From Bacteroidales bacterium (lineage in GTDB: Bacteria > Bacteroidota > Bacteroidia > Bacteroidales > UBA3663), in the NCBI GenBank assembly GCA_045617885.1, contig JAZLJN010000059.1:5042-69041 (forward strand): a stretch of DNA of 64,000 nucleotides, written 5' to 3'. Made by a program: the position numbers and the translations under genes. Below are positions 8,521-16,943 of the stretch, in pieces. Below the pieces are notes generated by a model. The model saw only the letters and a program-made list of their open reading frames with translations, ran no database searches and had not been told where the DNA came from. Within the stretch, counting starts at the first letter, position 1; each line of letters starts with the position of its first letter.

Positions 8521-10524
8521 TTATTTCAGATACTCTATGCTATTGGCGGTCAGAGTCTCGATATTCTGCTGGAATTCGTTGCCGGTGTTCTGGCGGAACT
8601 CATAAGCAGAGAGGCCAATGGCAATTACCTTGCCGTCAAACTCGGCGTTGGCATTGAACTCTACGATACCTGCACAGCAGTAATCCTGCACGTGACCCCA
8701 GGTTGCAAGGACGGAAGCAGGGGTTGCATCCTCAAAGTTCACGACTACGTTGGGTGAGCCTGGGAAGCCATAAGAGTTGAGGTCCCACATACAGTTGTGA
8801 TCCTCACGCCAGCCCGGACCCTCCAGGTAGTAACCCTCAAAGCCGTAGCCATTTGGATCACCTGCCTGCATACCGGCAAAGATTGGATGGGTGCGGTGGT
8901 CATACTGGAAGCCGATATTGCACTGCATCATCCAGTAATCGCCGCCCTCGCCGCCAGGACCGGCACCATAGATACCAGGTGCGTACTCGGTTCTGCCAAT
9001 AGCAGCCACAAGCTGGGTGGCATGCTTGGTGAGCAGCAGGTTACCGCCATCCTGGGTGTAGGTCTTGAGTGCAGAGATAGTAGCTTCGTCTGCCAAACCG
9101 AAAGGCAAGTGCTGCCAGCCTGGCTCGGTGCCATCCTCCAGGTCACACTGAATCCAGAGACGGGTCACAACAGAACCATCCAGTTCGGCAAGTTCGGCTG
9201 GTGTAACCATAACACCCTGGCCCTTCATGACATAGTTTTCAGCAAACCACTGTGCTGCTGCCAGATCATCATCGTCCGTTGAAGCGGTGAGCAGGAAACC
9301 AGCCTTGGTGGAAAGCTCGCCCTGTGGACCATGTTCAACCAGATAGTCGATACTATTGGCTGTGAGCAATTCAATGTTCTGCTGGAATTCGTTGCCTGTG
9401 TTCTGGCGGAACTCATAAGCAGAGAGGCCGATGGCAATTACCTTGCCGTCAAACTCTGCGTTGGCGTTGAACTCTACAATGCCTGCACAGCAGTAATCCT
9501 GCACGTGACCCCAGGTTGCAAGGACGGAAGCAGAGGTTGCATCCTCAAAGTTTACCACTACGTTGGGCGAGCCTGGGAAGCCATAAGAGTTGTGGTCCCA
9601 CATACAGTTGTGATCCTCACGCCAGCCCGGACCCTCCAGGTAATAACCCTCAAAGCCGTAGCCATTTGGATCACCTGCCTGCATACCGGCAAAGATTGGA
9701 TGGGTGCGGTGGTCATACTGGAAGCCGATATTGCACTGCATCATCCAGTAATCGCCGCCCTCGCCGCCAGGACCAGCACCATAGATGCCAGGAGCGTACT
9801 CTGTTCTGCCAATAGCAGCCACAAGCTGGGTGGCATGCTTGGTGAGCAGCAGGTTACCGCCATCCTGTGCGAAGCTCTTAAGAGCCTCGATAGTGGCATC
9901 ATCTGCCAAACCGAAAGGCAAGTGCTGCCAGCCTGGCTCGGTGCCATCCTCCAGATCACACTGAACCCAAAGGCAAGAAATGAGGCTTGGAGAGATTTGG
10001 TCGAGCTCGTTCATCTTGATGAATCGACCCTTACCCTTTGCAGCATAATTGTCAAAGAACCACTGTGCAGCTGCCTTATCATCATCATCTGCAATCTCAT
10101 CTATGCTGTTAGCCGTAAGCAGGAATGCAGCAGGAAGTGCACCACCAGAGATTGTTGGATCCACTACTGGAGCAGTATATTCGATACGTACAGCCACACT
10201 CTGACCCAAAGATACAAGACCATCTGCCATCATCACCTTGACGGTATAGATATTATCCTGATTAGTCTGTGCACGCTCAATGTAATAATTAGTTTGAGAA
10301 CCATCAAGCACTGCAATCTGGGTATCATCACGATAAATCAGCACCTTGCTGACGTTGCCTGCAGGCAAAGACCAGGTAAGGGTAAGAGAACGCCCCTCGA
10401 CACTGTATGACAGATTACTGATGGTCTGCAGACCCTCGTTGGCAGCGCCCGGAATCTCCACGTCGTCACATGAGGTGGCGAGCAGAGCGAGGGCTGCGGC
10501 GAGGAATGGATATGTTTTTTTCAT
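8521..10524 (-). CDS. Surface lipoprotein, putative fructan-binding SGBP (BT1761-like position; the DUF4960-like domain label is from memory), with two tandem copies of the C-terminal domain
   Basis: Lipoprotein signal MKKTYPFLAAALALLATSC, then an FN3/Ig-like domain (SLTLTWSLPAGNVSKVLIYRDD). Two domains of about 265 aa follow, each ending ...FRQNTGNEFQQNIE(L/T)LTANSI(D/E)YL. The gene follows susC-susD and precedes GH32, as in the B. thetaiotaomicron fructan PUL. Confidence 0.7.
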   Translation of the reverse strand: MKKTYPFLAAALALLATSCDDVEIPGAANEGLQTISNLSYSVEGRSLTLTWSLPAGNVSKVLIYRDDTQIAVLDGSQTNYYIERAQTNQDNIYTVKVMMADGLVSLGQSVAVRIEYTAPVVDPTISGGALPAAFLLTANSIDEIADDDDKAAAQWFFDNYAAKGKGRFIKMNELDQISPSLISCLWVQCDLEDGTEPGWQHLPFGLADDATIEALKSFAQDGGNLLLTKHATQLVAAIGRTEYAPGIYGAGPGGEGGDYWMMQCNIGFQYDHRTHPIFAGMQAGDPNGYGFEGYYLEGPGWREDHNCMWDHNSYGFPGSPNVVVNFEDATSASVLATWGHVQDYCCAGIVEFNANAEFDGKVIAIGLSAYEFRQNTGNEFQQNIELLTANSIDYLVEHGPQGELSTKAGFLLTASTDDDDLAAAQWFAENYVMKGQGVMVTPAELAELDGSVVTRLWIQCDLEDGTEPGWQHLPFGLADEATISALKTYTQDGGNLLLTKHATQLVAAIGRTEYAPGIYGAGPGGEGGDYWMMQCNIGFQYDHRTHPIFAGMQAGDPNGYGFEGYYLEGPGWREDHNCMWDLNSYGFPGSPNVVVNFEDATPASVLATWGHVQDYCCAGIVEFNANAEFDGKVIAIGLSAYEFRQNTGNEFQQNIETLTANSIEYLK
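8524..10131. repeat. Intragenic tandem duplication with an 813-bp (271-codon) period inside the SGBP gene
   Basis: tgatcctcacgccagcccgg occurs at both 8798 and 9611. The cores 8524-9147 and 9337-9960 are roughly 95% identical by eye at nucleotide level. The N-terminal ~55 codons of each copy have diverged. Confidence 0.95.
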
Positions 10525-10554
10525 AATTTTCTTTTTGTGGGTTATTTCGTTGTT

Positions 10555-10694
10555 TCGATTTTTCGAAGACTCGAATTTTCGAGCATTCGAAGTATCGATT
10601 TATCGAGTCATCGAGATTTCGAGCCATCGAGATTTCGAACCATCGAGTCTTCGACTTTTCGAGATTTCGATTTTTCGAGTAATCGTTCTATCGG
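10555..10694. repeat. 8-bp phased TCGA array (16 perfect units plus degenerate flanking units) in the susD-to-SGBP junction of PUL-1
   Basis: TCGA occurs at 10555, 10563, 10571 and so on to 10675 with no phase slip. TCGT lies at 10547 and 10683, and TCGG at 10691. Confidence 0.95.
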
Positions 10695-10727
10695 TTTTTG
10701 ATGCCCCGATCACTCGATCTCTCCGAT

Positions 10728-12368
10728 TTATTCATACAGTCCGTTGGCGTTATTGACCTCCTCGTAAGGAACTGGCCAGAAGATCTCGTCCTGGCTCATC
10801 TGTGCATCGCCATAGTAGCTTTCGAACTGCTGCTCACTCTTGAAGTAGGCATTCATTGTCTCTACGACACTGCCCCAGCGTACGAGGTCAAACCAACGCT
10901 GGCCCTCCATAGCCAATTCCAGACGGCGTTCCATGCGGACTGCCTTACGGGCATAATCCTGATTTGGGAAGCTTTGATAAAGACCTACCTTATAGTCAGC
11001 ATACATCTCATTAATATCCACAGGGCTGTAAGTATTAGCTTGTGCCAAGGTGCGCTGAGCCTTCTGTCGGACCTCATTAATCTCACGCATAGCAGTATTG
11101 AGGTTGCTATTCTGCTCAATGAGCGCCTCTGCATGAAGCAGGAGTATGTCTGCGTAACGGATGAAGATAAAGTTGAGCGGAGCATGATATGGATAGGTGT
11201 GGAGGCAGCGAGGATCTGCTGGATCAACACACCACTTCTTGCCAGAATAGCCGCTATAGACATCTGCTGCACGTACCCAGCTCTCAGTGTAAGTAAGACC
11301 GCGCCAAGGCATACCGATACGGCCCACAGTGCAGTCCAGACGAGGATCCACATTGCCAAAGTAATCACCTATGACGTGATCTGCTGGTGCGTTGTCAAGG
11401 TAAGGCAAGCCATTAGCGTCAGTGCGGAAGGCATCGACCAGATTCTGTGAAGCATGGAAGAAATCATCGCCTGATCCATACTGGTTACCCTCGCTATAGG
11501 TTACGTTGAGCAGATTGCTCCAACAGATATGCATATTATCGTTGGCAGAAGAGGTCTGCAGAGCAAGGATTGACTCATGGGTATTGTTGAAGTCGATCTT
11601 TGACATATCAAGATAATTGTCATAGAGCGAGTACTGACCGCACTTGATTACCAGATCAGCCCATTTCTCAACCTCGTTCCAACGGCTCTGGAAAGCATTG
11701 ACGCGAGCCAGCATAGCTGCAGCCACATACTTATTGACACGTCCTGGCTGGCTTTGAGTCTCTGGAAGCACGCTATATGCCTGCTCTAAATCTGCCACAA
11801 TGCTGGTGAAAATCTCTTCGCGGCTCATATTGTCATAACGGATGCTGCTAGGATTCTCTGCTGTCTCATCATAATATGGGAAACGCTCAAAGAGATGATA
11901 GAGATCGAAATAGAACCATGCACGCAGGAACTTCAACTCACCGATCAGCGCAGGACGCTGATTCTCTGGGAGGAAAGAATTAATGGCATTGATGGCCTGG
12001 TGTACGCGGGTGATGGCCCAATAGTTGTTCTTCCACTTAAAGAGCAGCGACGCATTATCGCTGGTTATGTTTGAGATTTCCAGCTGGTGAAGATTACCCT
12101 CCATTGAGATGCCACCGCCACCTTTAAGTGCATCGTCAGAACGCACATCAATGATCCAGTTGGTCATTGGGCCGGCAAAGGCCTCATTATTGCCGATGAA
12201 GTGACTCTCCAGTCCAGCGTAGGCAGAAGCAATGAAGGCATCCACATCGTTCTCTGTAAGCTGTCCGGCAGAGAACTGACCATAAGGCTCCTGATCGAGC
12301 AAGTCGTCGCAGCTGGTCATGCTCATTGTGGCTGCAAGAGCGAGAGCACTGAATATATATTTTTTCAT
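10728..12368 (-). CDS. SusD/RagB family nutrient-binding outer-membrane lipoprotein (fructan PUL-1)
   Basis: Lipoprotein signal MKKYIFSALALAATMSMTSCDD. SusD-like TPR body and C-terminal WPVPYEEVNNANGLYE. It lies directly downstream of a SusC-like gene. Confidence 0.9.
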   Translation of the reverse strand: MKKYIFSALALAATMSMTSCDDLLDQEPYGQFSAGQLTENDVDAFIASAYAGLESHFIGNNEAFAGPMTNWIIDVRSDDALKGGGGISMEGNLHQLEISNITSDNASLLFKWKNNYWAITRVHQAINAINSFLPENQRPALIGELKFLRAWFYFDLYHLFERFPYYDETAENPSSIRYDNMSREEIFTSIVADLEQAYSVLPETQSQPGRVNKYVAAAMLARVNAFQSRWNEVEKWADLVIKCGQYSLYDNYLDMSKIDFNNTHESILALQTSSANDNMHICWSNLLNVTYSEGNQYGSGDDFFHASQNLVDAFRTDANGLPYLDNAPADHVIGDYFGNVDPRLDCTVGRIGMPWRGLTYTESWVRAADVYSGYSGKKWCVDPADPRCLHTYPYHAPLNFIFIRYADILLLHAEALIEQNSNLNTAMREINEVRQKAQRTLAQANTYSPVDINEMYADYKVGLYQSFPNQDYARKAVRMERRLELAMEGQRWFDLVRWGSVVETMNAYFKSEQQFESYYGDAQMSQDEIFWPVPYEEVNNANGLYE

Positions 12369-12380
12369 GTTTGGAAAGTT

Positions 12381-12480
12381 TCGAATTAAAAAATACGATT
12401 GATCGAAAAATCGATTGATCGAGAAATCGAATAATCGAATGAATTGAAGGATCGAATGAATTGAAAAATCGGTTTTTCGA
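12381..12480. repeat. TCGA-core array with an 8-bp (occasionally 9-bp) period in the susC-to-susD junction of PUL-1
   Basis: TCGA or one-off variants occur at 12381, 12395 (ACGA), 12403, 12411, 12419, 12427, 12435, 12444 (TTGA), 12452, 12461 (TTGA), 12469 (TCGG) and 12477. Confidence 0.85.
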
Positions 12481-12487
12481 TTTCTTT

Positions 12488-15400
12488 TTAGAATGCTACA
12501 TTTACACCCAGTGTGAAGGTACGTGAACGTGGGTATGCACCATTCTCAACTCGAGCACCATAAGCGCCAAGGTTAAGTTCAGGATCGAGACCTGAATAGC
12601 CTGTAAGAGTGAAGATGTTCTCCACCTGACCAAAGATGTTGACCGAGCTGGCACCGAGATTCTCACACCACTTCTTCGGACAATCATAGCCGAGCTTGAT
12701 GTACTTCATCTTCAGGTATGAACCATCCTCAATGAAGTATGTTGACATACGCTTCTCGTTGTTATTGTCACTGAATGAGACGGCAGGAATCTTTGCATTA
12801 GTATTCTCTGGAGTCCAGGCATTAAGGATGTCATGGCCACGATTGGTGAAGGTATTACCAGAGCTCATGAAATCGAGCTGACGCTTGTTCTCATTGAAGA
12901 TATCAAAACCGAACTCACCGGTGAAGAACATTGAGAGAGTGAATCCCTTGTAGGCGAAGTCAAGATTCAGACCTGCGCTCCAGTCTGGATTAGGATCACC
13001 GATGATGCACTGGTCAGCCTCGTCAATGACACCATTGCCATCCAGATCACGATACTTCATGCGGCCAAGACCCTTGCCTTGCTGTACGGCATAGTTGTTG
13101 ACCTCATCCTGTGTCTGGAACAGGCCATCCACTACATAACCGTAGTAAACACCCATTGGCTGACCCTCCATGAGACGAATGTCACTGCCCTGACTGGTAA
13201 TGGCATCATTCAGCTTTACAACCTCATTCTTATATTTTGAGATATTGAAAGAAGCATTCCAGGTGAAGCCATTGTAATCAGGAGAATGATAGTCAGCGGT
13301 GAGTTCTATACCAGTATTCTTCATATCACCGGTATTGCGCCAGCAGGCTGCATTCTCACCTGCGGTAGAAAGTACCGGAGGAATGGTGAGCATATCCTTG
13401 GTAGTCTTAATATACCAGTCACCGCTGAGGTTAAAGGCGCCGCCCCAGAACTGGAGGTCAAGACCGACGTTAGTCTGCGTAGTGGTCTCCCACTTAAGAC
13501 CGTTGCTGCCAGTAGTGGCGACCTTAATACCAGAGATGGCACCTGTGTTCGTGCCATTGAGGTCATAAGCACCATTGCCTGCATCATAAGCATAAGTGCT
13601 ATAGGTAGCATACTCGCTTACTACGGCAGCGTTACCATTCTGACCCCAGCCAAAACGGATCTTAAGATCTGTAAGCAGATCATTCTCTTTCCAGAATGCC
13701 TCACGTGTAGGACGCCATGCCAAAGTGAAAGCTGGGAAAATGCCTGAATTATCCTTCTTGCCGAGACGCGAAGTAGCATCACGACGAATAGTGAATGATG
13801 CCAGGTAACGGTCTGCATAATTGTAGTCTGCCTTGGCAAAGTAGCTGAACAGACCCCATGCCGACTTGCCACCGCCATTAGTCTGCACGCCAGAGCCAGC
13901 ACCGAGCACCATATAGTTGGTCTCGTCAAAAGCATAGCCCTTACGCATAGCATTGAAACCATCAAAGTTATAGCCGATAGCCTCAACACCAAGCAGGCCT
14001 ACCAGATTGTGCTTGCCCCAATTGCCTACGTAGGTTGCAGTGTTGGTCCAAGTCCAGGTGTCACCCTGACCATACGAACGATTGACGCTAAGCTCATCTG
14101 TCTCTTCGAGCTTACGGCCCAGAGAATTGGTATTGTACTGAATATGTTCGATACCGATGTTTGACTTAAGAGTCAGTCCGCTGATTGGCTTCCACTCTGC
14201 AAAAGCATTACCGAAGATACGCCAGTTCTCGCTGGTATTGTCACGATTGTTGTAGAGTGATTGCATTGGATTGGCATAGTCCGAACCAGCGATCTGGAAT
14301 GGACTGCTGAACTTTCCATCTGGCTGATAGGTTGGGATGCCTGGATGCTGCAACATAGCGAGCGAAGCGATACCACGGTCGCCACCATTTCCGCTTGCGT
14401 TGCTGATCCACTTGGCAACCATGAGATTTTCTCCTACATTAAAATATTTAGATATATTATATGTAGTGTTTACACGAGCACTGAAACGCTGATAGTATGA
14501 TTCCTTCTGTACACCATCCTGATTGATATAGTTCAGAGAGAGCATCATGGTTCCCTTCTCGGTGCTATTTGACACATTGGCGCTGAGGTTGTGAGTCCAA
14601 GCCTCATGATAGATTGCATCCTGCCAATCATTGTCAGCAAGGGTATAACCGTTGTCAGTAGTAGGACGAAGCTTGTTACCGCTGTCATAAAGCTGGGCTG
14701 CATGTGTGCCGGTTGCCATGTAATATACCTGACCCCATTCGTTGGCATTAAGCAATGAATAAGTGTTGGCAATGGTCTGAAGGCTGGAAGTATAGCCTAC
14801 ATTAACGCTGAGTTTGTCTCCCTTACCACGCTTGGTAGTAATAATGATAACACCATTGGCTGCACGGCTACCATAAATTGAAGCAGAGGCAGCATCCTTC
14901 AAAACCTGAATAGATTCAATGTCCGAAGGATTAAGCGAAGAGAGATTCTCTGTGGTAGGCACGCCATCAATAATGTAGAGAGGATCCGAACCGTTGATGG
15001 AACTCATACCACGTACGCGAATCTGCGAACCACCAGAACCTGGAGTTGCATCAGTGGTAATCTGGACGCCAGCCAGACGGCCCTGCATGGAAGAAATCAT
15101 CGAAGGATTTCCTTCAGAAGTCGGTTTCTTCATATCCATCACAGCTACGGCACCGGTAAGATCAGCCTTACGCTGAACGGTATAACCAACTACGACCATT
15201 TCCTCGAGCATTTGAGAGTCTTCGCTCATGAAGACCTCCATCTTCTCGGCAGCAGGCAACTGCTGTGTCGTATAGCCTACAAAACTAAACTGAAGGTTTG
15301 CTCCCTTCTGTACGGTGAGCTCGAAGTTACCGTCCAGGTCGGTCACTGTACCATTGGTCGTACCAACTTCCAGCACCGTAGCACCCATGACTGGCTCATC

Positions 15401-15502
15401 GAAGCCTTTGTCAATCACGGTACCCTGCACCTTCATTGTCTGGGCGATGGCCAGAACTGTTGAAGCCAGTACCATGGTTGCGATTAATAGGAATCGTTTC
15501 AT
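12488..15502 (-). CDS. SusC/RagA family TonB-dependent outer-membrane transporter (fructan PUL-1)
   Basis: Signal peptide, CarboxypepD_reg-like domain (VQGTVIDKGFDEPVMGATVLEVGTTNGTVTDLDGNF), plug (IESIQVLKDAASASIYGSRAANGVIIITTKRG) and a C-terminal barrel ending in F. Confidence 0.95.
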   Translation of the reverse strand: MKRFLLIATMVLASTVLAIAQTMKVQGTVIDKGFDEPVMGATVLEVGTTNGTVTDLDGNFELTVQKGANLQFSFVGYTTQQLPAAEKMEVFMSEDSQMLEEMVVVGYTVQRKADLTGAVAVMDMKKPTSEGNPSMISSMQGRLAGVQITTDATPGSGGSQIRVRGMSSINGSDPLYIIDGVPTTENLSSLNPSDIESIQVLKDAASASIYGSRAANGVIIITTKRGKGDKLSVNVGYTSSLQTIANTYSLLNANEWGQVYYMATGTHAAQLYDSGNKLRPTTDNGYTLADNDWQDAIYHEAWTHNLSANVSNSTEKGTMMLSLNYINQDGVQKESYYQRFSARVNTTYNISKYFNVGENLMVAKWISNASGNGGDRGIASLAMLQHPGIPTYQPDGKFSSPFQIAGSDYANPMQSLYNNRDNTSENWRIFGNAFAEWKPISGLTLKSNIGIEHIQYNTNSLGRKLEETDELSVNRSYGQGDTWTWTNTATYVGNWGKHNLVGLLGVEAIGYNFDGFNAMRKGYAFDETNYMVLGAGSGVQTNGGGKSAWGLFSYFAKADYNYADRYLASFTIRRDATSRLGKKDNSGIFPAFTLAWRPTREAFWKENDLLTDLKIRFGWGQNGNAAVVSEYATYSTYAYDAGNGAYDLNGTNTGAISGIKVATTGSNGLKWETTTQTNVGLDLQFWGGAFNLSGDWYIKTTKDMLTIPPVLSTAGENAACWRNTGDMKNTGIELTADYHSPDYNGFTWNASFNISKYKNEVVKLNDAITSQGSDIRLMEGQPMGVYYGYVVDGLFQTQDEVNNYAVQQGKGLGRMKYRDLDGNGVIDEADQCIIGDPNPDWSAGLNLDFAYKGFTLSMFFTGEFGFDIFNENKRQLDFMSSGNTFTNRGHDILNAWTPENTNAKIPAVSFSDNNNEKRMSTYFIEDGSYLKMKYIKLGYDCPKKWCENLGASSVNIFGQVENIFTLTGYSGLDPELNLGAYGARVENGAYPRSRTFTLGVNVAF

Positions 15503-15616
15503 GTTAATTGTGTTTAAATATAATTGTTGTTATCTCTGTCACCTGTTTGGTTTTTTTAAGGCTGCAAACATCCAGAACTCGCAACGAAATGCCAAGGATG
15601 AAATAATTTTACGGTG

Positions 15617-15624
15617 CAAAGATA
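15617..15624 (-). promoter_or_regulatory. -7 promoter box (TATCTTTG on the minus strand) for the PUL-1 susC operon
   Basis: The plus strand reads caaagata. The box is about 115 nt upstream of the susC ATG. Confidence 0.45.
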
Positions 15625-15669
15625 GACAACATATAAAAATGGAGAAAAAAGGAATGTTTCGGGAAAATA

Positions 15670-15706
15670 AAGAAATGTTGCAACAGGAGAAGTTGCAACA
15701 TTTCTT
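15670..15706 (-). terminator. Perfect 15-bp-stem hairpin; likely terminator of the DUF1573 gene (an operator role upstream of the susC promoter cannot be excluded)
   Basis: AAGAAATGTTGCAAC-aggagaa-GTTGCAACATTTCTT, followed by tttattttc on the minus strand. It lies 22 nt after the DUF1573 stop codon. Confidence 0.6.
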
Positions 15707-15727
15707 GTATTGAATGAGCGAAAAGTC

Positions 15728-16795
15728 TTATTTTTTATACAATCTGACCGTCTGACGCGGCTTTTTAGCATCATTAGTTATCAGCGTGATGGGAAAATCA
15801 GGAGCGCCGTCTGGGATTATTTGAACTTCAATGGAAGCGGTTCCATTAGGTTTGACAACAAGAGGGAAGGCGCTTTTGACCTCTATACCAGCACGCTCAC
15901 TGTATGCTCGAAGGATATGGAGATCACTTTTGCCGGTATTCTGGACGGCAATTCGCTGTACGCTCTTTTGTCCTGCGGGTAACGGACCGATATTGACACG
16001 TTTTTCCGTTTGAAGCACGGGTGCAGAAGCGCGTTCCTCTGCCGTAAGGCTACTCACATCCGGCAACAGGACAGCAGACAAATCAATGGTCTGTGTTTTG
16101 TTTCGGGCATCGGTTATAGAGAGTGTTTCATGAGCAATACCCCACCGTTGCTCACGTTTTCCATCCCAGTTCAGGACAATATCATAGGTTTCTCCTGGAC
16201 CTAATTCGACGGATTGGTCTGCACCACTTTTGACAAGTCGGCTTGAGGTGGACCATCGGATTTGCTGACGAACTACACCAGAGTTGCAGACAACAATGTG
16301 CCGTTCAGCCACGTTGCTATGATTTATCTCACCGAAATCAATCTTTCCGGCACTTAAGCGAAGGTCTCCCTCTCCTACCGGGAACTGCCGCTTCAGGCTT
16401 TCGGCTGACCGCCGGACCTCACCCGTAAAAGTAAGAGTCTCATTGGTCACATTTTCACCATCAGTCAGCTGTACGGTCACTACTTCACGGAAAGGTCCTG
16501 CCTTGCCAGCAGGATCAAACCGAACGACGACCTGTGCAGAATCGCCAGGGCGCACTACCAGATCCTGTTGCAGTTCCACCTGTGTACAGCCACAAGAAGT
16601 ATAACCACGGACAATCTGCCAGCTGTAGGAACCTTTGTTTCGCACCTGAAACCGACGCTCTTGCACGCCCTGATCTTCAGCCACGATTCCAAGGACCTGC
16701 TGTGGCAAAGGACTCCACGCTGCCTCGACCTGGGCGAAAGAGGTTTCGGTTAACGCCCAAATACTTATTATATATAATAATGTAAAGAGTTTCAT
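15728..16795 (-). CDS. DUF1573 domain-containing secreted protein (Ig-like beta-sandwich repeats)
   Basis: I place the start at MKLFTLLYIISIWALTETSFAQ (ATG 16795). The longer ORF-track start would run over the predicted promoter. It carries the DUF1573 signature GYTSCGCTQVEL and repeated FGEI...N.G modules. Confidence 0.6.
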   Translation of the reverse strand: MKLFTLLYIISIWALTETSFAQVEAAWSPLPQQVLGIVAEDQGVQERRFQVRNKGSYSWQIVRGYTSCGCTQVELQQDLVVRPGDSAQVVVRFDPAGKAGPFREVVTVQLTDGENVTNETLTFTGEVRRSAESLKRQFPVGEGDLRLSAGKIDFGEINHSNVAERHIVVCNSGVVRQQIRWSTSSRLVKSGADQSVELGPGETYDIVLNWDGKREQRWGIAHETLSITDARNKTQTIDLSAVLLPDVSSLTAEERASAPVLQTEKRVNIGPLPAGQKSVQRIAVQNTGKSDLHILRAYSERAGIEVKSAFPLVVKPNGTASIEVQIIPDGAPDFPITLITNDAKKPRQTVRLYKK

Positions 16796-16836
16796 TTCGC
16801 CGTGCGTATATAATAAAAGATGATTAAAGATTGGTA

Positions 16837-16844
16837 CAAAGGTA
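16837..16844 (-). promoter_or_regulatory. -7 box (TACCTTTG on the minus strand) for the DUF1573 gene
   Basis: The plus strand reads caaaggta, 42 nt upstream of the ATG at 16795. Confidence 0.4.
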
Positions 16845-16906
16845 TGGTTTACACAGAATATCTCCAAATTTTGGTCATAAAACTTGCAAAATTCGAACAA
16901 TTCGGT

Positions 16907-16914
16907 TAAATTTG
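16907..16914 (+). promoter_or_regulatory. -7 box (TAAATTTG) for the TPR/TM/HTH regulator gene
   Basis: TAAATTTGCAGCC lies 30 nt upstream of the ATG at 16944. Confidence 0.45.
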
Positions 16915-16943
16915 CAGCCATTATTTCTTATCTTTATACCAAA

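Noticed and set aside
9331-10410. Long antisense ORFs inside well-supported genes (for example 9331-10410, 24354-25169, 37209-37976, 29439-30182, 10698-11450, 22315-22845, 26255-26911)
   Set aside because: Each lies wholly opposite a gene with strong family motifs, and none contains a recognisable domain. These are typical shadow ORFs.
10346-10756. 136-aa plus-strand ORF across the TCGA array
   Set aside because: The translation is low-complexity (FEISIFRVI...) and antisense to the SGBP and susD gene ends, so it is an artefact of the stop-free 8-bp repeat.
16884-16943. N-terminal extensions suggested by the ORF track (16884, 18739, 25589, 37167, 43919, 43976, 50645 and 16921 on the minus strand)
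   Set aside because: The extensions run across predicted TAnnTTTG boxes or terminators, or precede an obvious signal or lipoprotein peptide that begins at an internal ATG. Downstream starts were used instead. These choices are unverified.
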